64,000 nt of DNA from NCBI GenBank assembly GCA_963846195.1, contig CAWJVG010000001.1:38654-102653 (forward strand), written 5' to 3'. A model generated the notes under the pieces. The model worked only from the letters and a program-made list of their open reading frames with translations. It had not been told where the DNA came from and made no database searches. The translations under genes and the position numbers were made by a program. Of the stretch, positions 1 to 9,168 are shown piece by piece. How positions within the stretch are numbered: the stretch's first letter is position 1; every line of letters starts with the position of its first letter. This DNA comes from an uncultured Verrucomicrobiae bacterium. GTDB taxonomy: Bacteria; Verrucomicrobiota; Verrucomicrobiia; Chthoniobacterales; JAFAMB01.

Positions 1-123
1 ATCGAACGCGGATTTAAGGCGGGACAGTTCGAGAAACGCCTGTCCGAACTGTTGCTGCGCGAAAGCGATCAATCCGAAGACAACGCAGACAGCACTTTGC
101 CGGAGCCGGATACGACGCCTTGA
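1..123 (+). CDS. 3' end of a CDS, probably diadenylate cyclase CdaA (partial)
   Basis: Frame 1 is open to TGA at 121-123 (IERGFKAGQFEKRLSELLLRE...). The identity rests only on position upstream of a CdaR-like peptide and glmM (known cdaA-cdaR-glmM synteny). Confidence 0.45.
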   Translation: MERGFKAGQFEKRLSELLLRESDQSEDNADSTLPEPDTTP

Positions 124-127
124 ACCG

Positions 128-283
128 ATGAAACGATTGTTCCTGAACAACTGGCGCGCCAAATTAATGGCTTTGACTGTGGCGACTGCGGTTTGGTACC
201 TGATCAAGAAGAACGTCGACGTTGCGCCTGACCGCTGGGGCCTGGAACATCGACCGGCCACGGTTGCGCCGGCACATCACTGA
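128..283 (+). CDS. 51-aa single-TM protein resembling the CdaR/YbbR N-terminus
   Basis: Hand translation: MKRLFLNNWRAKLMALTVATAVWYLIKKNVDVAPDRWGLEHRPATVAPAHH*. The NWxxKLxALxxAxxxW pattern resembles the CdaR membrane anchor. It is below the ORF-track cutoff. Confidence 0.6.
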   Translation: MKRLFLNNWRAKLMALTVATAVWYLIKKNVDVAPDRWGLEHRPATVAPAHH

Positions 284-352
284 ACTGTTTCTGAATGATT
301 CCGGAACCTTATTTCAGGTTGATCTTCGAGATCGCCGTCGCGAAAATGGCCG

Positions 353-1705
353 GTGCCGCAAAAGCTCTTTGGTACAGACGGTATCCGCGGAGTTGCGAAT
401 AGCGAACCGATTACCGCAGGGTCAGCTCTCCGGCTGGCCCAGGCGGCCGCACGTGTCTTGGCCGGAGGAGAAAACCGCCCGATGGTCGTCGTCGGCAGGG
501 ACACCCGCGCATCCGGAGAGATGCTGGAGTCGGCTATAGCGGCCGGTCTCGCTTCCTACGGGATCCATGTTCTGCTGGCCGGTATTGCCCCCACTCCGGC
601 GGTCGCCTACCTTACGATCAGGCATTGCGCGGCGTTTGGGATCGTGATCTCTGCTTCGCACAATCCCTTCGAGGACAACGGTATCAAGTTTTTCGGACCG
701 GACGGCTACAAGCTCAGCGACCAATCCGAACACAGGATAGAGTCGGAATACCATCGTCCGGGTACCTACCCTCTCTCAATGGGCAAATCGGTTGGGCGAA
801 TCAGTCGGATACGGGAAGCGACAGAGGAATATGTGGCGTTCGCCGCCTCCACAGTTCCGAAAAACTTTTCTTTATCCGGAGTCAAAATCACGGTCGACAT
901 GGCGAATGGTGCTGCCTACCAGACGACCCCAATGGTGCTGGCAATGCTCGGCGCCAACGTCGACCTGCACTCCAGCACTCCCGACGGATTCAACATCAAT
1001 GCAGATTGCGGAAGCACCCGCCCCTCGATTCTCTCTCGCCTCGTTCAAGAATCCGGTGCCGTATTCGGGCTTGCCCACGATGGAGATGCTGATCGGCTTT
1101 TGTTCTGTGACAATCACGGATCCGCGCTCGACGGGGACGAGTTGATGGCCATCGCCGCGGTGGATTTGTTGTCGCGCAATCAGCTACAGATGAATACGCT
1201 CGTCGCAACGGTAATGAGCAACTTCGGCTTGGACGAGGCCTTGCAGCGGCATGGCGGGAAGGTGTTTCGCACGGAGGTAGGCGATCGACATGTTATAGAC
1301 GCGTTGGTTCAGCAGCATTTGAACTTTGGAGGCGAACAGAGCGGCCACCTCGTCTTTCGGGATTTTACTACGACCGGTGACGGGCTGATCGCTGGATTGC
1401 AGATCATTGCCATCATGTCGCGCACCGGCAAACCCCTGAGCGAGCTTCGCCAGGTTTTGCACAAATTTCCGCAGGTGCTGCGTAACGTCACGGTCCGGGC
1501 AAAATCTCCTTTCGAGCAATTTGATCGCCTGACAGCGCGGTTGAGAGAGGCCGAATCAAAGCTAAATGGGAGAGGGCGAGTCATGCTCCGGTACTCCGGC
1601 ACTGAGCCCAAAGCGCGCCTGCTTCTTGAGGGCCCGGACGCCGATGAACTCAACAAGTTGGCAGACGCGATCGAGGAGGAACTGGCGAGAAGCCTCGGCG
1701 CGTGA
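353..1705 (+). CDS. glmM: Phosphoglucosamine mutase
   Basis: LFGTDGIRG, ISASHNP catalytic Ser loop, DGDADR metal loop, GGEQSGH, RYSGTEP. Confidence 0.97.
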   Translation: MPQKLFGTDGIRGVANSEPITAGSALRLAQAAARVLAGGENRPMVVVGRDTRASGEMLESAIAAGLASYGIHVLLAGIAPTPAVAYLTIRHCAAFGIVISASHNPFEDNGIKFFGPDGYKLSDQSEHRIESEYHRPGTYPLSMGKSVGRISRIREATEEYVAFAASTVPKNFSLSGVKITVDMANGAAYQTTPMVLAMLGANVDLHSSTPDGFNINADCGSTRPSILSRLVQESGAVFGLAHDGDADRLLFCDNHGSALDGDELMAIAAVDLLSRNQLQMNTLVATVMSNFGLDEALQRHGGKVFRTEVGDRHVIDALVQQHLNFGGEQSGHLVFRDFTTTGDGLIAGLQIIAIMSRTGKPLSELRQVLHKFPQVLRNVTVRAKSPFEQFDRLTARLREAESKLNGRGRVMLRYSGTEPKARLLLEGPDADELNKLADAIEEELARSLGA

Positions 1706-2331
1706 ACTATCTTGTGACAGGGACCGACACTGGCGTTGGGAAGACATTCGTTACCAGTGGCTTGGTCCGGTTCGCACGATCCAAAGGGATCGATTCTGTC
1801 GGAATGAAACCGATTTGTACGGGCGATAACGACGACGTGCGCCAACTTCTTGAAGCGTGCGGCTCTTGCGAGCCAGAACATCTTATCAACCCGGTGTGGT
1901 ACCGGACGCCGGTCGCGCCGTATACGGCGTCGATCATCGAGGATCGTCTGATCGATCTTGGCGCGATTTGCGAGGCGTTTGAGAACCTGGCGAGACAGCA
2001 TTCCAGCGTCCTGGTCGAAGGCGTCGGCGGAATCGCGGCCCCGATCTTCGCTGATTACGATTTCCGCGATCTAGCGCGAGACCTCCGCTTAAGTGTCATC
2101 ATCGTTGCGCCCAATCGCCTTGGAGTCCTGAATCACACACGATTGACCCTGGAAGCCATTCGGGCAGCCGGTCTGAAATGTTTTTTAATCGCGCTCAATT
2201 CCATCCAGACGAAAACCGATTTTTCCCAGCCGACAAATCTGAGCGTCCTCGAGAACCTCGTGAACGTGCCGGTTCTTGCTATCGAACATAACCAGCACGA
2301 GTTCGAGGATCTCGCCAGACTCTTGTGGTAG
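1702..2331 (+). CDS. bioD: Dethiobiotin synthase
   Basis: VTGTDTGVGKT P-loop, MKPI, VEGVGG, LGVLNHT; GTGA overlap with the glmM stop. Confidence 0.95.
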   Translation: MNYLVTGTDTGVGKTFVTSGLVRFARSKGIDSVGMKPICTGDNDDVRQLLEACGSCEPEHLINPVWYRTPVAPYTASIIEDRLIDLGAICEAFENLARQHSSVLVEGVGGIAAPIFADYDFRDLARDLRLSVIIVAPNRLGVLNHTRLTLEAIRAAGLKCFLIALNSIQTKTDFSQPTNLSVLENLVNVPVLAIEHNQHEFEDLARLLW

Positions 2332-2520
2332 GGCGGGGCTCCGTCTGAGCCGGGGACAACGCGGCATTCTATGGCTGTGGTAGGGCGAAGCTCCGTCTGA
2401 GCCGGGAGCAGCGCGCGACTCGGCATAACGGATTTCCCCATTTTTTTAGAGCGACGGGCCACGAAACGTGGTGAACGCGGCCTCGCGGCAATCCCCGGCT
2501 CGGACGGAGCCTCGCCCTAC
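2328..2520. repeat. GTAG-type REP cluster left of RAYT (2 forward copies, 1 inverted)
   Basis: Consensus GTAGGGCGAGGCTCCGTCYGAGCCGGG at ~2328-2356, ~2380-2406 and inverted at 2493-2520. Confidence 0.9.
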
Positions 2521-2536
2521 CGTGAGTTCTTGATAA

Positions 2537-2561
2537 AATAACATTATACTATAATGTTATT
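2537..2561. promoter_or_regulatory. Perfect palindrome containing a TATAAT box immediately upstream of rayT
   Basis: AATAACATTATA-C-TATAATGTTATT (12-bp arms, 1-nt spacer). TATAAT is at 2550-2555 and the ATG at 2565. Confidence 0.6.
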
Positions 2562-2564
2562 AAC

Positions 2565-3026
2565 ATGCGCTTTCCGCAAAGAAGACACCCCCAAAAAGGG
2601 GTGCTTGAGACTGAAGTTGGTCCTACAATCGTTTTTCTGACCGTATGCACCAGGGGTCGGACTCCATGGCTGGCTGATCATACGGTTCATGCGTTGTTGA
2701 TTGCGATCTGGCGTTCGGCCATTTATTGGAAGGTTGGGCCGTACGTTCTGATGCCGGATCATCTTCACCTTTTCGCGTGGCCCGGGACTTTGCCTTCAAA
2801 CTTTGAGCGATGGGTACGTTATTGGAAATCACTATTCTCGAATACCCTTGGCGATCGAGCTCTGCGATGGCAGCCATATTGTTTTCATCATCGCCTTCGA
2901 TCTTGCGAAAGCGCGGAGGCTAAACGTCTTTACATGATAGAAAATCCTGTCAGGGCGCGTCTAGTCGCCCGACCGGAGGAATGGCCGTTCCAAGGCGAAA
3001 TATATCAGAGCGAATCGTGGTGGTGA
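2565..3026 (+). mobile_element. rayT: REP-associated tyrosine transposase (RAYT/TnpA-REP, HUH Y1)
   Basis: FLTVCT, MPDHLH (HUH), WQ, YxxxNPVRA motifs; REPs on both sides. Confidence 0.9.
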
Positions 3027-3089
3027 AAGACGAGGCCTGAATCCTCGAACGCCGAAGACCCTGGCAAGGCGGAGGTCCAGTAGATTCCG

Positions 3090-3160
3090 GATAGGGCGAC
3101 GCTCAGTCCGAGCCGGGGATGATGCGTTGTCCCGCGGCTCGGGCGGAGCCTCGCCCTACC
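3090..3160. repeat. REP doublet right of RAYT
   Basis: GATAGGGCGACGCTCAGTCCGAGCCGGGGA and inverted CGGCTCGGGCGGAGCCTCGCCCTACC. Confidence 0.85.
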
Positions 3161-3214
3161 CTGTATTCCCGCGGACCGCGTTCACCATGTTTCGCGGCCT
3201 GTCGCTCCGGCTAG

Positions 3215-3574
3215 CTAGCGCGCCCAGCCTGATTTCACACTGGCATACCGGGCGTTCGGCAGAATAAATTTCTTTAGCTCGATCTCGAGTCGCTGCATCG
3301 GAAAACGAGCCATCAAGGCGTCGCCGACTTCCGATACGAGCTTTTCTATCAGGTGTGCGCTACTTGTCTCGACCACCTTCTCGACTTCAGCGGCGACGGC
3401 GGCGTAATCGACGGTATTCTCTAATTGATCGAGCAGGCCCGCAAAGGATGTCTCAATCTGGAACCGCACGGAAAAAAGCAGCCTTTGAGGATTTGCGCGC
3501 TCGCTATCCGGAACTCCGACCCGGCCGTTCAGTACGAGATCGTGAATCTCGATCCACTCGCCGAGAGATTTCAT
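3215..3574 (-). CDS. folB: Dihydroneopterin aldolase
   Basis: VGVPDSERANPQ, TVDYAAV, LIEKL, IELKK; 119 aa. Confidence 0.85.
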   Translation of the reverse strand: MKSLGEWIEIHDLVLNGRVGVPDSERANPQRLLFSVRFQIETSFAGLLDQLENTVDYAAVAAEVEKVVETSSAHLIEKLVSEVGDALMARFPMQRLEIELKKFILPNARYASVKSGWAR

Positions 3575-3683
3575 AGACTAGAAGGGAAAAGTACCCAGGA
3601 ATCTGCGTCTGCATTTTGTCCCGGACGATTCTTGCCATGACCGTAGCCAACCCGTCTCGGCTTCAGGCATACCGCTTTTTCGG

Positions 3684-4064
3684 TCACCCGACTCGAAAAC
3701 GGAGCTCCCTGATCACCTTGCCTCCGAATCGCTTTTTCAGTTTCGCCAAAATCACCGACTTCCATTGCCTGTCGAGCTCGTACAACACCGTGGGCTGCAG
3801 GACATTCACCACCAACAGACCCTGATGCATTCGTACCGGACGGGAATGCTTGGCAAAAAAATCACCCACTATTTCGGCCCATGCAGCGATAACCTCTTCC
3901 TCGCGCAACCGGGCTTCCAGACCGAGCTTCGGCGCGAGTTGAACGAGCACCTCGCGAATCGAGAGAGTTCTGTCCTGCTTGGGCTCGAGCTCGGGTAACC
4001 CGCGCCAATCTTCGATCGCGCGCTTACGCAACGATTGCGACATACCGCGTTTCCAAACAGCCAC
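3684..4064 (-). CDS. DUF721/DciA-family helicase loader-like protein
   Basis: WAEIVGD..AKHSRP...GLLVVNV...YEL...IL.KL...IRELRFRVG pattern; start may be the ATG at 4043. Confidence 0.75.
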   Translation of the reverse strand: MAVWKRGMSQSLRKRAIEDWRGLPELEPKQDRTLSIREVLVQLAPKLGLEARLREEEVIAAWAEIVGDFFAKHSRPVRMHQGLLVVNVLQPTVLYELDRQWKSVILAKLKKRFGGKVIRELRFRVG

Positions 4065-4300
4065 TAACTGTCACCATCGCTGCCGATGGCTTCCACGGGA
4101 CATCCCTCCATCGCCTCTTTGCAGAGGGCATCCTCATCCGGATTCTCCGGTTGCTTATAGACGTAGGAGTGACCACCGTCGTCGTTACGCGTAAAATTCG
4201 CAGGTGCCGTCTCACGACAAAGATCGCAATCAATGCATTGATCATCGACGTAATATTGCCCAACCACATTCTGCGGGTACTTATTTGCAACGTCAGCCAT
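4064..4300 (-). CDS. Single-cluster [4Fe-4S] ferredoxin
   Basis: CIDCDLC and CPVEAIG. Confidence 0.9.
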   Translation of the reverse strand: MADVANKYPQNVVGQYYVDDQCIDCDLCRETAPANFTRNDDGGHSYVYKQPENPDEDALCKEAMEGCPVEAIGSDGDS

Positions 4301-4458
4301 AACTTACTCTATAATCTCGTTAGCGATTCCCAAGCGTAGTCTCCAAAACGTCCTCTTCAAGGGCCCGCCAATCTAACGGATCGAACCGAGACTGCAAGTC
4401 GCAGATCAATGTGCGACCTTAGGCTTGGACAGCCGGCAGAGTACAAGTAACTTTTCGG

Positions 4459-5277
4459 ATGACCGACAGGCCTGCATTACGTCCAAAAGAAGGCTGGCAC
4501 GTTCTCCATCTTTTTTACCGAGTGGAGTTCGGCCAGTGGCACGGGCTGACTGCCGAAGAGAGACTCGCGGCGAAGACGAAATTGTCTGCTCTGGTGCAGG
4601 AGATCCGATCCCTCCCTTGCACCCAGATTTTGACTTTCAGCATAATTTCCCCAAAGGCGGACGTCGGCTTTATGCTCTTGACGGATGATCTGCACACCGC
4701 AAATAGCATTGAAAAAAGACTCACCTTGTCACTTGGGGCGGATAATCTGACGCCGGTTTTCAGTTTCTATTCCCTAACGGAACGCAGCGAATACACCGGC
4801 AGCGAGGAGGACTATGCCGCTTCCCTGATCGCCGAAAAAGGGTTTTTGCGCGACTCACCCGATTTCACCCAGGCGATTACCGAGTTTCGGCAGCGAATGC
4901 AAAAATATCTTCAGGATCGCCTTTACCCCAACCTGCCGGATTGGCCTGTCGTCTGCTTTTACCCAATGACAAAACGGAGGGACGCCGCTCAGAACTGGTA
5001 TATTCTCCCTTTCGAAAGACGAAAAGAACTGATGCTCGGCCACGCCCGGATCGGACGCCAATATGCAGGGCGAGTCCGTCAGCTCATCACCGGCTCTACC
5101 GGCTTGGATGACGCGGAATGGGGAGTCACTCTGTTCGCACAAGACGTCTTCGAAATTAAGTCGATTGTGTATGAAATGAGATTTGATGCGGTGAGCGCTC
5201 AATACGCAGATTTTGGAGAATTTTATCTAGGCCTCCAGCTTCCGCTCAATGATTTATTTCGAAGGATCCAGTTGTAA
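4459..5277 (+). CDS. chdC: Coproheme decarboxylase (HemQ/ChdC; chlorite dismutase superfamily)
   Basis: FYPMTKRR with conserved Tyr/Lys, NWYxLP, proximal His (MLGHARIGR), EWGVTLF, YEMRFD. Confidence 0.8.
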   Translation: MTDRPALRPKEGWHVLHLFYRVEFGQWHGLTAEERLAAKTKLSALVQEIRSLPCTQILTFSIISPKADVGFMLLTDDLHTANSIEKRLTLSLGADNLTPVFSFYSLTERSEYTGSEEDYAASLIAEKGFLRDSPDFTQAITEFRQRMQKYLQDRLYPNLPDWPVVCFYPMTKRRDAAQNWYILPFERRKELMLGHARIGRQYAGRVRQLITGSTGLDDAEWGVTLFAQDVFEIKSIVYEMRFDAVSAQYADFGEFYLGLQLPLNDLFRRIQL

Positions 5278-6147
5278 ATGGAGAACATCAGGACCGCTCA
5301 ACTCGTAGCCAGAGACAAATCACGCGAACTTCGAGCAATTCTGAAAGGAGTTGCTCCGCTGCTCGTCGCCTATTCCGGAGGAGTTGACAGCACCTTTTTG
5401 CTGGCTGAGGCGACCGCGACGCTGGGGAACCGCGTCGTCGGCGTCATTGCGGATAGCCCGAGTTTGCCGCGCGCTGCGCTGGCGGGAGCCCTCGCGGCCG
5501 CCAACGGTTTTGGAGCCAACGTGGAGGTCATCTCCACCACGGAACTGGACGACCCGCGATACGCGCGCAATCCAGTCAACCGCTGCTACTTCTGTAAGCT
5601 CGAGCTTTTTACAAGAATGGACCGAATGGCGGCGGAGCGCGGATTTCACGCGCTGGCCTACGGAGAAAATGCGGATGACGCCTTCCAGATACGACCGGGA
5701 TCAGGCGCTGCCCGCGAGTTCCGTGTCCTGGCCCCACTGCGAATGGTGGGATTAACGAAGGCGGAGATTCGCCTGCTCTCCAGGGAGCAAGGTCTGCCGA
5801 CTGCCGACATTCCAGCACAGCCCTGTCTGAGTTCGAGAATTCCGCACGGCACGGTTGTGACGAGTGGTGCTCTCAGGATGATCGAACAAGCCGAGGAATA
5901 TGTACGGTCCTGCGGATTCGGGATCTTTCGTGTGCGTTACGTCGCGCAGCCCGAACATCCTCCGATTGCGAAGCTCCAAATAGACCCGGTTGAGATGGAA
6001 AAACTCCACCTCGCGGAAGCTCAGATCCGGGGGGCGATTCGAGTGATCGGATTTCGAGATTTGGTCGTGGATCCGGATGGTTACCGGGCGCCGGGCCAGA
6101 GCCTGGAGCGGCGTTCGGAATGCAACAGCGTCGCGGCGGTTAGCTGA
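5278..6147 (+). CDS. larE: LarE-family ATP-dependent sulfur transferase
   Basis: AYSGGVDS PP-loop, RCYFCK, RPG, PCLSSRIP. Confidence 0.88.
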   Translation: MENIRTAQLVARDKSRELRAILKGVAPLLVAYSGGVDSTFLLAEATATLGNRVVGVIADSPSLPRAALAGALAAANGFGANVEVISTTELDDPRYARNPVNRCYFCKLELFTRMDRMAAERGFHALAYGENADDAFQIRPGSGAAREFRVLAPLRMVGLTKAEIRLLSREQGLPTADIPAQPCLSSRIPHGTVVTSGALRMIEQAEEYVRSCGFGIFRVRYVAQPEHPPIAKLQIDPVEMEKLHLAEAQIRGAIRVIGFRDLVVDPDGYRAPGQSLERRSECNSVAAVS

Positions 6148-6256
6148 GCGCCGATTAGTGTCCAATAATATTTATTTTGATCCAACCGCCTCTTTGAGTT
6201 ATTGACTCATTCCCCTCGTCCAGAGGAAAGACCCTCAAGGGCTAAGTATCCATCCG

Positions 6257-6619
6257 ATGATCGCAACTATTTTCTTCCTAGCTCAACAAACAGCGGCTCC
6301 CGGCGCCGCTTCCCAACCTGATCTGCTGCAGACTCTCCTGCCCTTTCTTTTCATGGGAGTCATCTTTTACTTTTTGCTGATCCGTCCCCAGCAGAAGCGG
6401 CAGAAGCAACATCAACAGTTGATGGCGAACCTGAAAACCGGAGACCGCGTCGTCACCAGCAGCGGCATCCACGGGTTGATCGCCAACGTCAAGGAAACCA
6501 CCTTTCTCCTGAAAGTCGCCGATAATGTGAAGATCGAGGTAGATAAAAGCGCAGTCGCGGGAATCGAGAAAACAGCCGAACCTAGGCCGATCGCTCCCGA
6601 GGCGAAACCGGCCACTTAA
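6257..6619 (+). CDS. yajC: Preprotein translocase subunit YajC
   Basis: YFLLIRPQQKRQK, LKTGDRVVTSSGIHG. Confidence 0.95.
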   Translation: MIATIFFLAQQTAAPGAASQPDLLQTLLPFLFMGVIFYFLLIRPQQKRQKQHQQLMANLKTGDRVVTSSGIHGLIANVKETTFLLKVADNVKIEVDKSAVAGIEKTAEPRPIAPEAKPAT

Positions 6620-6631
6620 CGGAATTATTTC

Positions 6632-8995
6632 ATGAACGCGACGTTGACCTTCTTTTTCGGGCTCTTCGTTCTGCTGCTTTTCGCATGGTACTTTCTGTCC
6701 GATAGAGAGAAGACAAAGCGTTGGCTCGGCACGACTTTGACCCTCCTGCTTTGCGCGTTCTCGATCGACGCGTTCTTACCGTTCGAACAGAAAATCCATC
6801 TTGGCCTGGATTTGCAGGGCGGAACTTCCTTTCTGGTCCGGTTAGTGCCGCCAGTGCTCGAGGAGGGGGGCGCACCGCGACAGATCACGCCCGAAATGCA
6901 AGAGCAGGCGGTCGAGGTGATCCGCAAACGGGTTGACGAATTTGGCGTCAGCGAACCGGTCATCACTAAGCAGGGGACCGACCATATCCTGGTCCAGATT
7001 CCTGGCTTGAGCACGGCACAAGTCGAAACAGCACGGCAACAATTGCAGCGCGTCGCGAAACTGGAGTTCCGGCTCGTTCATCCGAACAGCGATCAACTGA
7101 TCAGACAGATCGTCGCCGGCACCGCTTTCACGCCACCGGGTTACGTCGTTCTCACCTCCCTTGAGCACCGAAATGGACAGCCCGAAAAACTGCTGATCAA
7201 GCGGCGACCGGAGTTGACCGGACAGGATGTGGCAGGGGCCCGGCCTGTTTTCGAGCAGCGAGGGTATGAAGTCTCGCTGAGACTGACGCGAACCGGCGCA
7301 GAAACGTTCCGTCGAGTCACCCGAGATAACATTAATAATCGACTCGCTATTGTCCTCGACAATGAAGTCGTCTCGGCGCCGAACATTCAAAGTGAAATCC
7401 CAAACGGCGAAGCGGTGATTACCGGGAATTTTACCGCCGAGGAGGCTAAGAACCTCGCAAGCGTCATGGAGAACCCACTTCAAACGCCGGTTGCGATCGA
7501 TGAAACCCGGACTGTTTCCGCCACGCTCGGGCAAGATTCCATTTTCCGCGGAATCGCGGCTGGTCTAGCGGGCCTTGCGGCGACGCTGGTGTTCGTTCTC
7601 ATTTATTACCGGGCCGCGGGATTGGTCGCATTCATCGGCCTCGCGGTCAATGGTATCCTCTTATTTGGTGCCATGTCGCTTTTCGGATTCGTCCTCACGC
7701 TGCCGGGAATCGCCGGCATTATCTTGACGATCGGGATGGCGATCGACGCGAATGTCCTTATCTATGAGCGACTAAGAGAAGAACTCGAGCACGGTAAGAG
7801 CCTCAAACCGGCAATCGATACTGCTTATCGCAAGGCGTTCAGCGCGATCGTCGACTCCAATCTGACGACGCTTCTGAAAGTCGCGATTCTGTTCTGGCTC
7901 GGCTCCGGGCCCGTTAAAGGATTCGCGATTACCCTGACGATCGGCATTATCGCGTCAATGTTTTCGGCCTTGCTGGTGACGCGCAATGTTTTTGGCTGGG
8001 CACTGAAGTTTGGTTTGCTGAAGCGCGTTTCCATGCTGCACCTCATCAAATCCAAGAGCTTCGATTTTCTAGGCAAATGGCGTGCAGCGTTGATTGCATC
8101 AGTCATTTTTCTGGTAGCGTCGTTTGCAGCCTTTGGGTTGCGAGGCAATAAGATGTTCAACATCGACTTTACGGGCGGCGATTTTCTGCTCGTCAAATCG
8201 GCGACCGAACTGCCGGAGGCTGACATTCGTGCTTCTCTTGGAAAAATTGGGTTAGGAAGCGCAGTGATCCAACAGGAAGCGAGCGAGCAGCAGAAACAGG
8301 TCTCGCATTTTATCTCGGTTCGATCACCGTTTGGCACCGCGGATAGGATCGTGCACCAATTGGAGCAGAGCTTTCCGCAAGCCAAGCTGTCGGTCGAACG
8401 TTCGGAAGGCGTCGGGCCGATTATGGGCACGCAGTTGGCGACAACTTCCTTATTCGCCCTTGGTATCGCCATTCTTGGCATCCTCGCCTACGTCACCATA
8501 CGATTCGAGTTTTCGTTCGCGATCGGAACGATCGTGGCCATGCTCCATGATCTGGTCATCACTCTCGGCATTTTTGTGATAACCGGACGCGAATTCTCCC
8601 TGGTGATGGTGGGCGCGATTCTGACGGTTGCCGGCTACTCGATTAACGACAAGATCGTGGTCTTTGACCGGATCCGTGAAGGGCTGCGCTCAGGCCGCAA
8701 GGGCTCCATTCAGTACCTGATGAACGCAAGCATCAACGAGACGTTAAGTCGAACCATCTTGACGAGCGGCGTCACTTTGATCTGCATGCTTTCACTCCTG
8801 ATATTCGGCGGTCCGGTACTTGCGGATTTCGCGTTCACCAACGTCGTCGGAGTGATCGTTGGGACCTATTCATCGATCTTTATTGCGGCCCCGATTGTTC
8901 TCTGGTGGTCAAATCTGCGGAAAGGAAATCTGAGGCATGAAGTTTCCAAACCGCAGGAAACGGGCACCAAAGGGAAACAGGTCGCTGCGAAGTAA
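6632..8995 (+). CDS. secDF: Fused protein translocase SecDF
   Basis: LGLDLQGG, GMAIDANVLIYER, IDFTGG, GYSINDKIVVFDRIRE. Confidence 0.96.
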   Translation: MNATLTFFFGLFVLLLFAWYFLSDREKTKRWLGTTLTLLLCAFSIDAFLPFEQKIHLGLDLQGGTSFLVRLVPPVLEEGGAPRQITPEMQEQAVEVIRKRVDEFGVSEPVITKQGTDHILVQIPGLSTAQVETARQQLQRVAKLEFRLVHPNSDQLIRQIVAGTAFTPPGYVVLTSLEHRNGQPEKLLIKRRPELTGQDVAGARPVFEQRGYEVSLRLTRTGAETFRRVTRDNINNRLAIVLDNEVVSAPNIQSEIPNGEAVITGNFTAEEAKNLASVMENPLQTPVAIDETRTVSATLGQDSIFRGIAAGLAGLAATLVFVLIYYRAAGLVAFIGLAVNGILLFGAMSLFGFVLTLPGIAGIILTIGMAIDANVLIYERLREELEHGKSLKPAIDTAYRKAFSAIVDSNLTTLLKVAILFWLGSGPVKGFAITLTIGIIASMFSALLVTRNVFGWALKFGLLKRVSMLHLIKSKSFDFLGKWRAALIASVIFLVASFAAFGLRGNKMFNIDFTGGDFLLVKSATELPEADIRASLGKIGLGSAVIQQEASEQQKQVSHFISVRSPFGTADRIVHQLEQSFPQAKLSVERSEGVGPIMGTQLATTSLFALGIAILGILAYVTIRFEFSFAIGTIVAMLHDLVITLGIFVITGREFSLVMVGAILTVAGYSINDKIVVFDRIREGLRSGRKGSIQYLMNASINETLSRTILTSGVTLICMLSLLIFGGPVLADFAFTNVVGVIVGTYSSIFIAAPIVLWWSNLRKGNLRHEVSKPQETGTKGKQVAAK

Positions 8996-9032
8996 CGATT
9001 TGACAAAAGGACGGGAGAGAGAGCACCCTCTT

Positions 9033-9044
9033 TCAAACGTTTGC
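9033..9044. promoter_or_regulatory. LacI-family operator upstream of the regulator (autoregulation)
   Basis: TCAAACGTTTGC, a near-palindrome matching the copy at 14071. Confidence 0.65.
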
Positions 9045-9168
9045 GGCGGGGTACTTCACAGTTCCCGGTCAAGATTCAAGCACCCCTTTTACCCGCTTAT
9101 GGGCGGGCTCACAGCATGAGAATGAACGAATGCGTTAACCGGCCAGTCACGCCATATTCCTTTTCACC

